The notes under the pieces are model-generated. The model was not told the DNA's origin. It worked only from the letters and a program-made list of their open reading frames with translations, and searched no databases. Shown here piece after piece: positions 26,843-35,887 of a stretch of 64,000 bases of DNA. The DNA comes from Phycisphaerae bacterium. Lineage in GTDB: Bacteria > Planctomycetota > Phycisphaerae > Sedimentisphaerales > Anaerobacaceae. Position 1 is the first letter of the stretch; each line of letters starts with the position of its first letter. Location of the stretch: positions 52,341 to 116,340 of the forward strand of contig JAQTMR010000007.1 of assembly GCA_028714255.1 (NCBI GenBank). The letters are read 5' to 3'. The position numbers were made by a program, and so were the translations under genes.

Positions 26843-28369
26843 ATGGCAAGAGAAATGCTTATAAACGTGGCTGAGAGCGAAGAGTGCAGGGTGGCAATAG
26901 TTGAGGATAATGCCCTTGAGGAGCTGTATGTGGAAAGGACGAGCCTGAGCAGGCACGTCGGCAATATTTATAAGGGAAAGGTGGTAAATGTTGAATCAGG
27001 GATACAGGCGGCATTTATAGACTGCGGGATGGGCAAAAATGGTTTCCTCCATATCAGCGACCTGCATCCTCGTTATTTTGCCGGTGCCGACAGCAACTCT
27101 ACCGAAAGCGTTGGCCAGAGAAAGTCGCTAAAGGAAAGGCTGCCCATTCAGAGTTGTCTTCATAAGGGACAGGAGCTTGTTGTTCAGGTAACAAAAGAAG
27201 GAATAAATACCAAAGGGCCGACTCTCAGTACATATCTTGCTTTGCCGGGCAAGTTCCTGGTTATGATGCCGTGGATGCGAAAGCTCGGGATTTCTCATAA
27301 GATAGAAGATGAGAATGAGCGCACGAGACTAAGACAGATTCTCGATGAAATCAAGCCGCCTAAGGGACTAGGGTTTATTATCCGAACAGCCGGTGAAGGA
27401 TGTTCCAAAAGGGACATTCAAAACGATTTAAAATATCTTAGCCGATTGTGGACCGCTATCGAGAAACGGATAGAAACCGAAAAAGTGCCGGGCGAGATTT
27501 ACCAGGAGTCCGATTTGGTTACTCGAACGCTGAGGGATGTTCTTAATAGCAGGATAGACAAGATAGTATGTGATTCGGAAAGTGTTGTTCGGAAAATAAG
27601 GGATTTTCTCTCGATAGCAACACCTCGCTTGAAACAAAAGGTTGTTTATTACGACAGCAAAGTTCCGCTGTTTCACAAGTATCGAATCGAAGAAGAAATC
27701 ATTAAAATTCAATCCCGCTCGGTAGCGCTTAAAGGCGGCGGCTCCATAGTAATCGAACAAACCGAAGCTCTGGTGGCGATAGATGTCAACAGCGGCCGAT
27801 ACCGCAAGGGCCAGAATGCCGAGCAAACCGCTTTCAAAACCAATACCGAAGCCGCCCCTGAAATAGCCCGCCAACTCAGGTTGCGTGACCTTGGGGGCCT
27901 GATAATTTGCGACTTTATTGATATGCGGAACCAGAGACACCGCAGAGATGTTGAAAAGACCTTTCGCAATGCAATCAAACCCGACCGTGCCCGTTCGAGA
28001 GTATTGCGAATAAGCGGGTTCGGGGTGGTGGAAATGACCCGGCAGAGAATGCGTCCTTCGCTGCAGTCGGCTACCTATCTGGCATGTCCCCATTGCGGAG
28101 GTATGGGATATATTAAGAGCCATGAATCCGTAGCGATAGAGATTATTCGCAAGCTGAATCTTTCGGCTTCGAAGGAACAGATAAAACGTATCGAGCTGTT
28201 CGTTTCGCCGATAGTTGGCGGCTACCTTCAGAATGAAAAGCGAGCTGCGATTACACAAATCGAGCAGCGGAGCAATAAGCGGATAATAATTCACTCCAAG
28301 CCGGATTATACCGGTGAAAAACACAATTTGATATGTTATAACGAGCGTGGCAGTGAGGTGAAATTGTAG
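26843..28369 (+). CDS. rng: Ribonuclease G/E family endoribonuclease
   Basis: S1 domain GNIYKGKVVNVESGIQAAFIDCG and catalytic core IVIEQTEALVAIDVNSG...LRDLGGLIICDFIDM...GFGVVEMTRQR. The ORF is open from the GTG at 26828. Confidence 0.9.
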   Translation: MAREMLINVAESEECRVAIVEDNALEELYVERTSLSRHVGNIYKGKVVNVESGIQAAFIDCGMGKNGFLHISDLHPRYFAGADSNSTESVGQRKSLKERLPIQSCLHKGQELVVQVTKEGINTKGPTLSTYLALPGKFLVMMPWMRKLGISHKIEDENERTRLRQILDEIKPPKGLGFIIRTAGEGCSKRDIQNDLKYLSRLWTAIEKRIETEKVPGEIYQESDLVTRTLRDVLNSRIDKIVCDSESVVRKIRDFLSIATPRLKQKVVYYDSKVPLFHKYRIEEEIIKIQSRSVALKGGGSIVIEQTEALVAIDVNSGRYRKGQNAEQTAFKTNTEAAPEIARQLRLRDLGGLIICDFIDMRNQRHRRDVEKTFRNAIKPDRARSRVLRISGFGVVEMTRQRMRPSLQSATYLACPHCGGMGYIKSHESVAIEIIRKLNLSASKEQIKRIELFVSPIVGGYLQNEKRAAITQIEQRSNKRIIIHSKPDYTGEKHNLICYNERGSEVKL

Positions 28370-28414
28370 CAGGGTACGCCGCAGCCGTACAGAATAAGGA
28401 CACGGGATAAACGA

Positions 28415-28981
28415 ATGTCGAAAAAGCCTGAAATAAATTTTGCGGATATAGAACTGTTGGTTATGGATGTTGACGGGGTTTTAACGGACGGAAACATAAT
28501 AATTAACGATGATGGCAGCGAAGGTAAATCATTCAATCTGCAGGATGGTCACGGCATTAAAATGTGGCAAAGAGCGGGGCTGAAAGTCGCCTTTTTGAGC
28601 GGCAGATTCTCGAAGCCGACAGAACACCGGGCCGAACAGCTTGATATAGACTACTGTGTTCACGGTTGTGTCGAGAAACTTCCGGAGCTTAAGAAGCTGC
28701 TTAAAAAGATGAACGTTTCTGCGGAGAGAACAGCTTATATTGGCGATGACCTGCTGGATTTGCCGCCGATAAAATATGTTGCATTTGGCGCAGCGGTTGT
28801 TAATGCGGTTGATGAAGCCAAGGAAGCTGCTGATTACGTAACAAAACGCCGGGGAGGCGATGGGGCCGTGCGGGAAGTAATAGATTTGATTTTGAAAAAA
28901 GCCGGCAGATGGCAGGAGCTTATGAAAAGGTATTTGCCTGCCTCGCCCGACTCGGCGAGTCGAGGCGGGCCGGACACTTAA
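28415..28981 (+). CDS. kdsC: KDO 8-phosphate phosphatase (HAD-IIIA)
   Basis: Sequence LLVMDVDGVLTDGNIIINDDGSEGKSFNLQDGHGIKMWQRAGLKVAFLSGR...AYIGDDLLDL. Confidence 0.85.
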   Translation: MSKKPEINFADIELLVMDVDGVLTDGNIIINDDGSEGKSFNLQDGHGIKMWQRAGLKVAFLSGRFSKPTEHRAEQLDIDYCVHGCVEKLPELKKLLKKMNVSAERTAYIGDDLLDLPPIKYVAFGAAVVNAVDEAKEAADYVTKRRGGDGAVREVIDLILKKAGRWQELMKRYLPASPDSASRGGPDT

Positions 28982-29041
28982 ACAGCGTAATGGTTCGATT
29001 TCGCTCACCATCCCGAGCAAAGTCGAGGGAATGGATTTGCT

Positions 29042-31156
29042 ATGAATTTAGAGTCGCGAAAACTGCGTGTATGGCTTATTTCTGCTGGGGCGGTACTTGC
29101 AATATATCTGTTCTATAACCTGCTAAATAGAACACCCCCGATAGAATTTGATACCGGTGCGAAATTTACTGACGCTGTCGGCGACAGCAACATCGCCGAG
29201 TTTGACGACAAAATCGGAATGGTCGGTGATGTTGGCGTCGGCACTGTCCGCAAGGCCAAATACACACACCTGGACGCAGAGAAACAGATTGACCGGGAAT
29301 TTGGATTTGAAAAACTTCTCCACGCCGAAGGGGACGAATGGGAAATTGAAAAGCCCTATATGAATATTTACCGGCACAATCTTAAATGTTATATGACCGC
29401 GGACAAAGGCAGGGTACGGGTTGTAGAGGCTGTTGGCAGGGCAACCCCGACTGATGCGACACTTACAGGGAATGTGGTTATCCACATTTTGCCCGAAAAT
29501 AACGATAACATCAGTGAAGGCTTTATTTATCTCGATGATGTTATTTTTATCAATGAAAGGTCGGAGTTTTCGACCGCAGGGCCGGTAAAATTCACCTCGC
29601 AGAATGCTCAAATGCTTGGAAAGGGGATGGAACTTGTCTATAACGATGAGTTGGATCGCCTTGAATTTCTTAAAATAATTGAACTGGAAGCCTTGCGTAT
29701 CAGACAATCATCGCTCGCCTCTGAATCTTCCGGCACAAAGCGCAGCGGCAGTAAAGCTTCTTTGTTTTCATCGCAGGCAGCAACCACCAGTCCAGCTTCG
29801 CCGCAAGCCGAGCAGCCGCGGACAGACCGGCCGGAAACGAGAAAGGGCGAACACTACAAATGTGTGTTCAGGAAAAATGTCGTCATAGATTCTCCCGAAC
29901 AGATTATTTTGGCCGATGAAATTTCCATCAGTGACATCCTGTGGGCCAGAGCCTCTGACAAAAAATCTGAAACTAAAGACACCGGCGGAACGGATAAAAC
30001 GAAAGAATCTGCAAAAGTCACTGAAGAAAGCGTTACCTCGCAGCAGATCGGGCTGGCCGAATCGCCCGAACAGTTTGTCGATATCGTTGTAACCTGCGAT
30101 GGCGGTATTGCTGTTGTTCCGATGGATTCTAATGTGGTGCCCGCTCAGTACAGCAAACTAAAAAGCTTTACCGACGATAAAGGCAGACCCGCATTCATTG
30201 CCTCGACAATTGACTACTCTATGATTACAGAGGATATCGTTGCCGCCGGCCCGTCAGAACTTACGTTTAATATAAATGATATAACATCTGCCGAAGTAAA
30301 ACCTGCCGCACCAGTCCCGGTAAAAATAACGGCACAGGAAAAAACCAAATTTTCTCCGTCGTCGAATCAGGTTGTTTTTCAGGGGGATGTCTTATGCACG
30401 ATGCTTCGGGATGATATAGGTTTTCAGCAGAAGTACACTCTATCGGCTCCGAAACTTACGGTGGATTTATCCAAAGATAAACAGTCCCGTGCCGACATAA
30501 AACATCTCACCGCCGGCGGCGAAGTGGTTCAGCTTGATACATCAAAATGGGCGGGGGAAGAATTACTCGGCTTTACCAAGCTGAAGTGTCTCCAGTTTGA
30601 TTATGACGCAGCCGAGCAGATGTTTTTGGCAGCCGGGTCAGGGATAATAGCCGTTGATAACTCCAAAATTACAGAGCCCGGAAAAAAGACCGGCAAATTC
30701 AGTTTGCAAAGACCCTGCTATGTCGTTGTGCGGAATTTTGATACCTTAAAGTATCTTGCAGAAGCGGACGTGATTATTGCCGATGCCGCAAACGAGCAGA
30801 TTATCATTGATTATTTCCCTGTCATCAAAGGCAAACAGCAGCAGACCACAGCTACTTCCAACCACGTAGAAGCTGTGCTCTACGAAACAAGCACAGGCCA
30901 AAATGAACTTTCGACGCTTAGCGCCTCCGGAGGCATTACTTATGAAGAGCAAAAGCCGCAGAAAGGCAGAACCGTTCAGTTTGTAGGCAGCGGTATGTTT
31001 TATGACGGCGGCGAATCTATGATAACCGCCTGGGGCGACGAATCTCAGCCGTGCTTCCTCAACGGTGCACTTGCTCCAGGCATCGAATACAATTTAAAAT
31101 CCGGCAGAATCAAAACCAAAATCACCGGCCCGGGTATGCTGCAGATGGAAAGATAA
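29042..31156 (+). CDS. Large N-terminally anchored LptC/OstA-like protein (two beta-jellyroll-like regions joined by a low-complexity linker)
   Basis: 704 aa. TM anchor VWLISAGAVLAIYLFYNLL. The N-terminal ~200 aa carry LptC-like strands (DATLTGNVVIHI, VKFTSQNAQMLGKGMELVYN). A Ser/Ala/Pro/Gln-rich linker lies at about aa 220-265. The distal part has OstA-like motifs (VVFQGDVLCTM, LTAGGEVVQLD, ASGGITYEE). It sits directly after kdsC. The fold assignment is inference. Confidence 0.45.
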   Translation: MNLESRKLRVWLISAGAVLAIYLFYNLLNRTPPIEFDTGAKFTDAVGDSNIAEFDDKIGMVGDVGVGTVRKAKYTHLDAEKQIDREFGFEKLLHAEGDEWEIEKPYMNIYRHNLKCYMTADKGRVRVVEAVGRATPTDATLTGNVVIHILPENNDNISEGFIYLDDVIFINERSEFSTAGPVKFTSQNAQMLGKGMELVYNDELDRLEFLKIIELEALRIRQSSLASESSGTKRSGSKASLFSSQAATTSPASPQAEQPRTDRPETRKGEHYKCVFRKNVVIDSPEQIILADEISISDILWARASDKKSETKDTGGTDKTKESAKVTEESVTSQQIGLAESPEQFVDIVVTCDGGIAVVPMDSNVVPAQYSKLKSFTDDKGRPAFIASTIDYSMITEDIVAAGPSELTFNINDITSAEVKPAAPVPVKITAQEKTKFSPSSNQVVFQGDVLCTMLRDDIGFQQKYTLSAPKLTVDLSKDKQSRADIKHLTAGGEVVQLDTSKWAGEELLGFTKLKCLQFDYDAAEQMFLAAGSGIIAVDNSKITEPGKKTGKFSLQRPCYVVVRNFDTLKYLAEADVIIADAANEQIIIDYFPVIKGKQQQTTATSNHVEAVLYETSTGQNELSTLSASGGITYEEQKPQKGRTVQFVGSGMFYDGGESMITAWGDESQPCFLNGALAPGIEYNLKSGRIKTKITGPGMLQMER

Positions 31157-31168
31157 TTCACCAGCCTG

Positions 31169-31849
31169 TCAATCGCAAAGCTCTTGTAGGGCATCTATGC
31201 TCAGTTCGCCGAGCTTTGCAACAATTTTATCGGCTAAGGTTAACTGCTCGGCATCGTATGAATTTGTTACTGCTACGCTATGCATTCCCGCTGCTCTGGC
31301 CGCTTCCAGTCCCCAATGCGAATCTTCTATCACGATGCACTGATTTGGGAAAATTACGTCCTGTCGTTCGTGGTTGAGCTTTTTCAAAGTCAGCAGGAAA
31401 CCCTCGGGGTTGGGCTTACCTTTTCTTACGAATTCTGCGGATACTATCACCTCGAAGAAAGACCGCAGCCGGGCCTGTTCTAATATAAGTTCAATCTCGG
31501 CCATAAGTGCACCCGAGCATATAGCCATCGGCATCTTGTTTTGCCTGAGCATTTCCAGAAAATCCCGAACACCCGCGATTATCTTGCCTTCGGTTTTTGC
31601 CAGCTCCTCGAAAACTTCGGTTTTTTCTTCCGCAAGAGCTTCGATTCCCTTGGCCGGCTTTTGTAATACGTTTCCGTCGATAAGCGCCTTAAAACAATCG
31701 AGGTCGCTCAACCCGAGATATTCCTTGTAATAGTCCTTTATTGAAATCTCAACGCCGTATTGGGCAAGCACATGATTGAAGGAACGAAGATGCAAAACTT
31801 CCGAATCCGTTATCACACCGTCGAAATCGAATATCACCGCTCGAAGCAT
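31169..31849 (-). CDS. HAD-superfamily hydrolase (beta-phosphoglucomutase-like subfamily IA)
   Basis: Motif I AVIFDFDGVITDSE and the late motif IVIEDSHWGLEAARAAGM. Confidence 0.8.
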   Translation of the reverse strand: MLRAVIFDFDGVITDSEVLHLRSFNHVLAQYGVEISIKDYYKEYLGLSDLDCFKALIDGNVLQKPAKGIEALAEEKTEVFEELAKTEGKIIAGVRDFLEMLRQNKMPMAICSGALMAEIELILEQARLRSFFEVIVSAEFVRKGKPNPEGFLLTLKKLNHERQDVIFPNQCIVIEDSHWGLEAARAAGMHSVAVTNSYDAEQLTLADKIVAKLGELSIDALQELCD

Positions 31850-31859
31850 TGTCCTCTCC

Positions 31860-33608
31860 TCATTCGCTCGGCACAGGCCCTGCCATTGCTTCGTATTCTG
31901 TAAATGTGGATTTGTCCCCCATCTTGATTAATTCTACTAAGGCCGTAATCTTAGGTGCGTTCCTTGTGACATATCTCTTGGCAATCTCCGCTTTTCTCGG
32001 CGTCGCTTGCTTATCGCTTGCTTGTCCGCAGAACAGGTATCCGTTAATCAAATCTATCGCGATATCGACCAGTGCTCTGCCGTAAAGGTCCATATACTCG
32101 TTTCCGTTTTCTTTCACGAAAGCGACGGCGGTTTTTAATTGTTCCATCCCCTCAGCGAGTTTTTCAAGCAGCTCTTTCAGTTGAGGGTCATAATCTTTTC
32201 CTGCAAGCTCGGCAATAAACTTCTCGGCTGTCCCGCTGCATACGCCGCGAACCGCGGCAACAACCTGCAATTGGCTTGTACCTTCGTAGATAGTTGTAAT
32301 CCTCGCGTCGCGAGCGTGCCGTTCACTAGCATAGTCCCGCATATACCCGCTGCCGCCGAGGACTTGAATTGAATCGTAAGCGACCCTGTTGCACATCTCG
32401 GAGCAGTAATACTTGCTCATCGGGGTAAGCATTGAGGCAAGGCGGTTGAGCCGGCGAGTTTTTTCTTTGAGCGGCTTTAGTTGCTCTTTTTCGGTGGGCG
32501 GGTTAAGTTCAAGCCGTTTTTCGCAGGAGACATATTGGTCAACGACACAACATGTTTCGTACAATAAGGCTCTGCTTGCCTCGATGACAATTTTCATATC
32601 AATGACCATATCGCGCACGGCCGGCAGCTTTTCAATAGCTACTCCGAACTGTTTTCTCGTAGCCGCATAGTCACGGGCAACTCGAAAAGCAGCCTCGGCT
32701 ATTCCGAGCGATTGGGCCGCAATACCGACACGGGCGCCATTCATCAGACTCATAACATAAGTTACAAGGCCCCGCTGACGCTCGCCGATTAGTTGGCAGG
32801 GGGTATTATCGAAGAATATCTCGCAGGTAGGCGAGCCGTGAATGCCAAGTTTATCCTCCAGCCGGCGAATGTGAACCGTTGGGCCCTTATCGCAGACCAA
32901 AAGACTCAGCCCCAGCCCTCCGTTTCTGTCAGGTTCGCTGCGCGCCAGTACCAGCAGCACATCGCCGCAGCCGTTGGTTATGAAGCGTTTTACACCGTGC
33001 AGAATCCAGTTGCCCGCCTCGTCCTGAAATGCCCGCAGCTTTACCGCCTGCAAATCCGAACCTGCATCCGGCTCGGTCAGTACCATTGCGCCCGTGACCT
33101 TACCTGCGGCAAAGTCGGGCAGATACTGCTGCTTGATTTCTTCCGATGCATAAGCATTAATTGTTTCCGCTATTCCCTGCAGACCGAATATGTTCATAAG
33201 CGACGCGTCTGCACGCGAAACAATCTCATTGGCCATCGAGTAAATAAGATTTGGGAAATTCAGCCCGCCGAATCTGTATGGCAGCGTAAAGCCCATCACA
33301 TCAGCCTCGGCAAGTTTTTCCATAGATTCAGCTATCCCCTTTGCGTATGTCACCGTCCCGTCTTCGTTAAGGGTATTGCCTTCTCGGTCAACGTCCTCGG
33401 CTCGCGGCGCGATAAAATCGCCGCTTAATTGTCCCAGTGAATCGAGGACCATCTCGTAATTTTGTATCGCCTCATCGGCATCGGCAGGGGCATAGTCGAA
33501 ATCTTTTGCGAAATTGAATCCCTCTTCCTGAAGCTCCGCCAATTTGCTCAAGTCGAGATGCTTGAACAAAAATTGTATATCCTCGTTGTCCCTGTAAAAA
33601 TTAGCCAT
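31860..33608 (-). CDS. Acyl-CoA dehydrogenase (long, ~580-aa type)
   Basis: Segments GAMVLTEPDAGSDL, KRFITNGCGD and IYEGTSQLQ. Adjacent to etfAB. Confidence 0.85.
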   Translation of the reverse strand: MANFYRDNEDIQFLFKHLDLSKLAELQEEGFNFAKDFDYAPADADEAIQNYEMVLDSLGQLSGDFIAPRAEDVDREGNTLNEDGTVTYAKGIAESMEKLAEADVMGFTLPYRFGGLNFPNLIYSMANEIVSRADASLMNIFGLQGIAETINAYASEEIKQQYLPDFAAGKVTGAMVLTEPDAGSDLQAVKLRAFQDEAGNWILHGVKRFITNGCGDVLLVLARSEPDRNGGLGLSLLVCDKGPTVHIRRLEDKLGIHGSPTCEIFFDNTPCQLIGERQRGLVTYVMSLMNGARVGIAAQSLGIAEAAFRVARDYAATRKQFGVAIEKLPAVRDMVIDMKIVIEASRALLYETCCVVDQYVSCEKRLELNPPTEKEQLKPLKEKTRRLNRLASMLTPMSKYYCSEMCNRVAYDSIQVLGGSGYMRDYASERHARDARITTIYEGTSQLQVVAAVRGVCSGTAEKFIAELAGKDYDPQLKELLEKLAEGMEQLKTAVAFVKENGNEYMDLYGRALVDIAIDLINGYLFCGQASDKQATPRKAEIAKRYVTRNAPKITALVELIKMGDKSTFTEYEAMAGPVPSE

Positions 33609-33611
33609 TCT

Positions 33612-34658
33612 TTACTGCTTCTCTTCCTTAATGCTTTTTTCTTTGAGCGTCTTTATTATTTTTGGCACGACGACGTTAAGGTCGCCGAGTATTTTGTAAT
33701 GTGCAATCTGGAAAATAGGGGCATCCGGGTCGTTATTGATGGCGATAATCTTCTGACTGCCCGACATTCCCGCCTGATGCTGAATGGCGCCGCTGACCCC
33801 GACCGCGATATACAGGCTGGGCCTAACGGTCGTTCCCGTCTGGCCGACCTGATGGTCACTGTCGATAAAGCCCATATCGATTGCCGCTCTGGTCGCCGCC
33901 GGCGCTGCGCCGAGGCAATTTGCCAAATCCCAGATGAGTTTGAAATTGTCTTTGCTGCCTACTCCTGCTCCGCCGGCAACGATTACCCTTGCCGCCTTGA
34001 GGTTAACCTTCTTCGGCCGTTTGTGCTCTTCTAAAATCTCCAGAGGCAGCTCTTGCTGCGAAAGCTGTACCTTCTCTACGATAATTTCACCTTTACGCCC
34101 GGTATCAGGCTCCGGCATCGGCATCACGCCTTCGCGCACGGTGGCCATTTGAGGCCAGCGGTCGTAATTAATAATCGTCGCGATTATATTTCCGCCGAAG
34201 GCAGGTCTAATCTGGAACAGCAGGTTCTTGTGCGTTTCCCCGTCTTTTCCTGCCTGGTGGTCGCCGATTTGAAGGTCTGTGCAGTCCGCCGTAAGTCCCG
34301 CCTTCGCTGCGCTTGCGACCCGCGGCGCCAAATCCCGACCTGCTACTGTCGCTCCGTAAAGAACTATCTGCGGCTGGTATTTGTGTATCAAATCGTAAAT
34401 TACTTTTGCGTAACTGTTCGTCTGATAAACCCCGAGCAGCGGATGCTCTGCTAAATACACCTTGTCCGCGCCGTAATGTATTAACTTTGCCGCAATGTCC
34501 TTTGCGCCGTTGCCTAAAACCGCCGCTGCCAGTTTAACGCCTAAGGTATCAGCCAGCCGACGGGCCTTGCTCATCAATTCTATCGGCGTATCTTCGAGAT
34601 GCCCGTTATGCTGCTCTGCAAATACCCAAACTTCGCCTTGTCTGTTTACGTCAATCAT
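33612..34658 (-). CDS. etfA: Electron transfer flavoprotein alpha subunit
   Basis: The FAD-binding C-terminal part PSLYIAVGVSGAIQHQAGMSGSQKIIAINNDPDAPIF is diagnostic. Confidence 0.9.
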   Translation of the reverse strand: MIDVNRQGEVWVFAEQHNGHLEDTPIELMSKARRLADTLGVKLAAAVLGNGAKDIAAKLIHYGADKVYLAEHPLLGVYQTNSYAKVIYDLIHKYQPQIVLYGATVAGRDLAPRVASAAKAGLTADCTDLQIGDHQAGKDGETHKNLLFQIRPAFGGNIIATIINYDRWPQMATVREGVMPMPEPDTGRKGEIIVEKVQLSQQELPLEILEEHKRPKKVNLKAARVIVAGGAGVGSKDNFKLIWDLANCLGAAPAATRAAIDMGFIDSDHQVGQTGTTVRPSLYIAVGVSGAIQHQAGMSGSQKIIAINNDPDAPIFQIAHYKILGDLNVVVPKIIKTLKEKSIKEEKQ

Positions 34659-34670
34659 AATTCGTCTGCG

Positions 34671-35582
34671 CTACGCTATTACCTTGTCATCAATTAGTTC
34701 GTGTATCATATCCGAAAGGCCTTGCTCGTTCGGCTCGATGTTTTTAGTTTCCTTCGTTGACAAAACCACGCTTTGAATTCGATGTACCTTCGTTGGTGAA
34801 CCGCTTCGCCCGCACCATTGCAAATCGGCTTCGATAAAATCCAGGTTCCATTGCTTAATCAGAAGGCCCTTTTCCTCTAATTCACTGCTTTTATGTTCCG
34901 CAAGTTTCTTAATGTCCGCTTCGTCGGCGCCTTCGTTTTCGAGTTTTGTTTTCTGCATCACCTCGACAGCCGTTCGTGCATTTTTATATCGCATCATCTT
35001 TTTCGCCGCCGCTACTCTCGGCTCATTTGCTTCCCCTGTAACGGTCAAAAGAACGGGCAATTTCGCCCTGACCTTCTGCCAGCCGGCCCCGATGTTCCGC
35101 CGGGCTGTGATACCCTTATCCTTAAGCTCGACAAGCTCTTCGACATAAGTAATCTGCGCGATGCCCAGCTTCTCCGCCAGTTGCGGCCCAACCTGCGCCG
35201 TATCGCCGTCGATTGCCTGCCTGCCGCAGAGGACTATATCGTAGTCAATCTTTTTGACCGCGCAGCTCAAGATATAACTGGTCGCTAATGTATCGCTCGC
35301 GGCACATCGCTGGTCGGTTACAAGAATTGCCTCGTCTGCCCCGCGGAAAAGTGCCTCGCGAAGAATTACTCCAGCCGCCGGAAGACCCATTGTGATAGCC
35401 GTTATCCTGCCGCCGAATTTGTCCTTAATCTGTAGAGCCAATTCGAGCGCATTGAGGTCTTCCGGATTAAAAATCGCCGGCAGAGCGGAACGGTTGACCG
35501 TCCCATCTTCGTTCATCGCCTCACCGGTAATCCGTTTGGTGTCAGGAACTTGTTTTATAAGAACTACACAATTATAAGCCAC
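34671..35582 (-). CDS. etfB: Electron transfer flavoprotein beta subunit (with a ~50-aa C-terminal extension)
   Basis: GTG start. Segments CVVLIKQVPDT and LVTDQRCAASDTLATSYIL...DIVLCGRQAIDGDTAQVGP. Confidence 0.85.
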   Translation of the reverse strand: MAYNCVVLIKQVPDTKRITGEAMNEDGTVNRSALPAIFNPEDLNALELALQIKDKFGGRITAITMGLPAAGVILREALFRGADEAILVTDQRCAASDTLATSYILSCAVKKIDYDIVLCGRQAIDGDTAQVGPQLAEKLGIAQITYVEELVELKDKGITARRNIGAGWQKVRAKLPVLLTVTGEANEPRVAAAKKMMRYKNARTAVEVMQKTKLENEGADEADIKKLAEHKSSELEEKGLLIKQWNLDFIEADLQWCGRSGSPTKVHRIQSVVLSTKETKNIEPNEQGLSDMIHELIDDKVIA

Positions 35583-35805
35583 TTATTCATTCCTCGAAGG
35601 TTATTGTTTCAATAACGGCAACTTAGAAAGACAACAGTTTAGCGGGATTCGATACTAAGTCAACCCTAAATCACCAGGATAGTTCCCCCGGCCCTCTATG
35701 TCCGAAATCGCAGTCTCACACTGTAATGTGGAAAAAACGCTAATCCCTCAAGCCTGAAAGGTCGATTCTAAATAGGAATATTTAATTTTCTATTGTTGAT
35801 TTTCT

Positions 35806-35833
35806 TTGACAAAGGTCCTATATAAAACATAAT
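35806..35833 (+). promoter_or_regulatory. Candidate sigma-70 promoter upstream of the Ser/Thr kinase gene
   Basis: TTGACA (35806-35811), 16-nt spacer, CATAAT (35828-35833), about 55 nt upstream of the ATG at 35888. Sequence match only. Confidence 0.4.
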
Positions 35834-35887
35834 CAGTAGTTTTGGGTATGTATTTGTTGTGAAGCCCAGGATTTATCTGAGGGGTTA

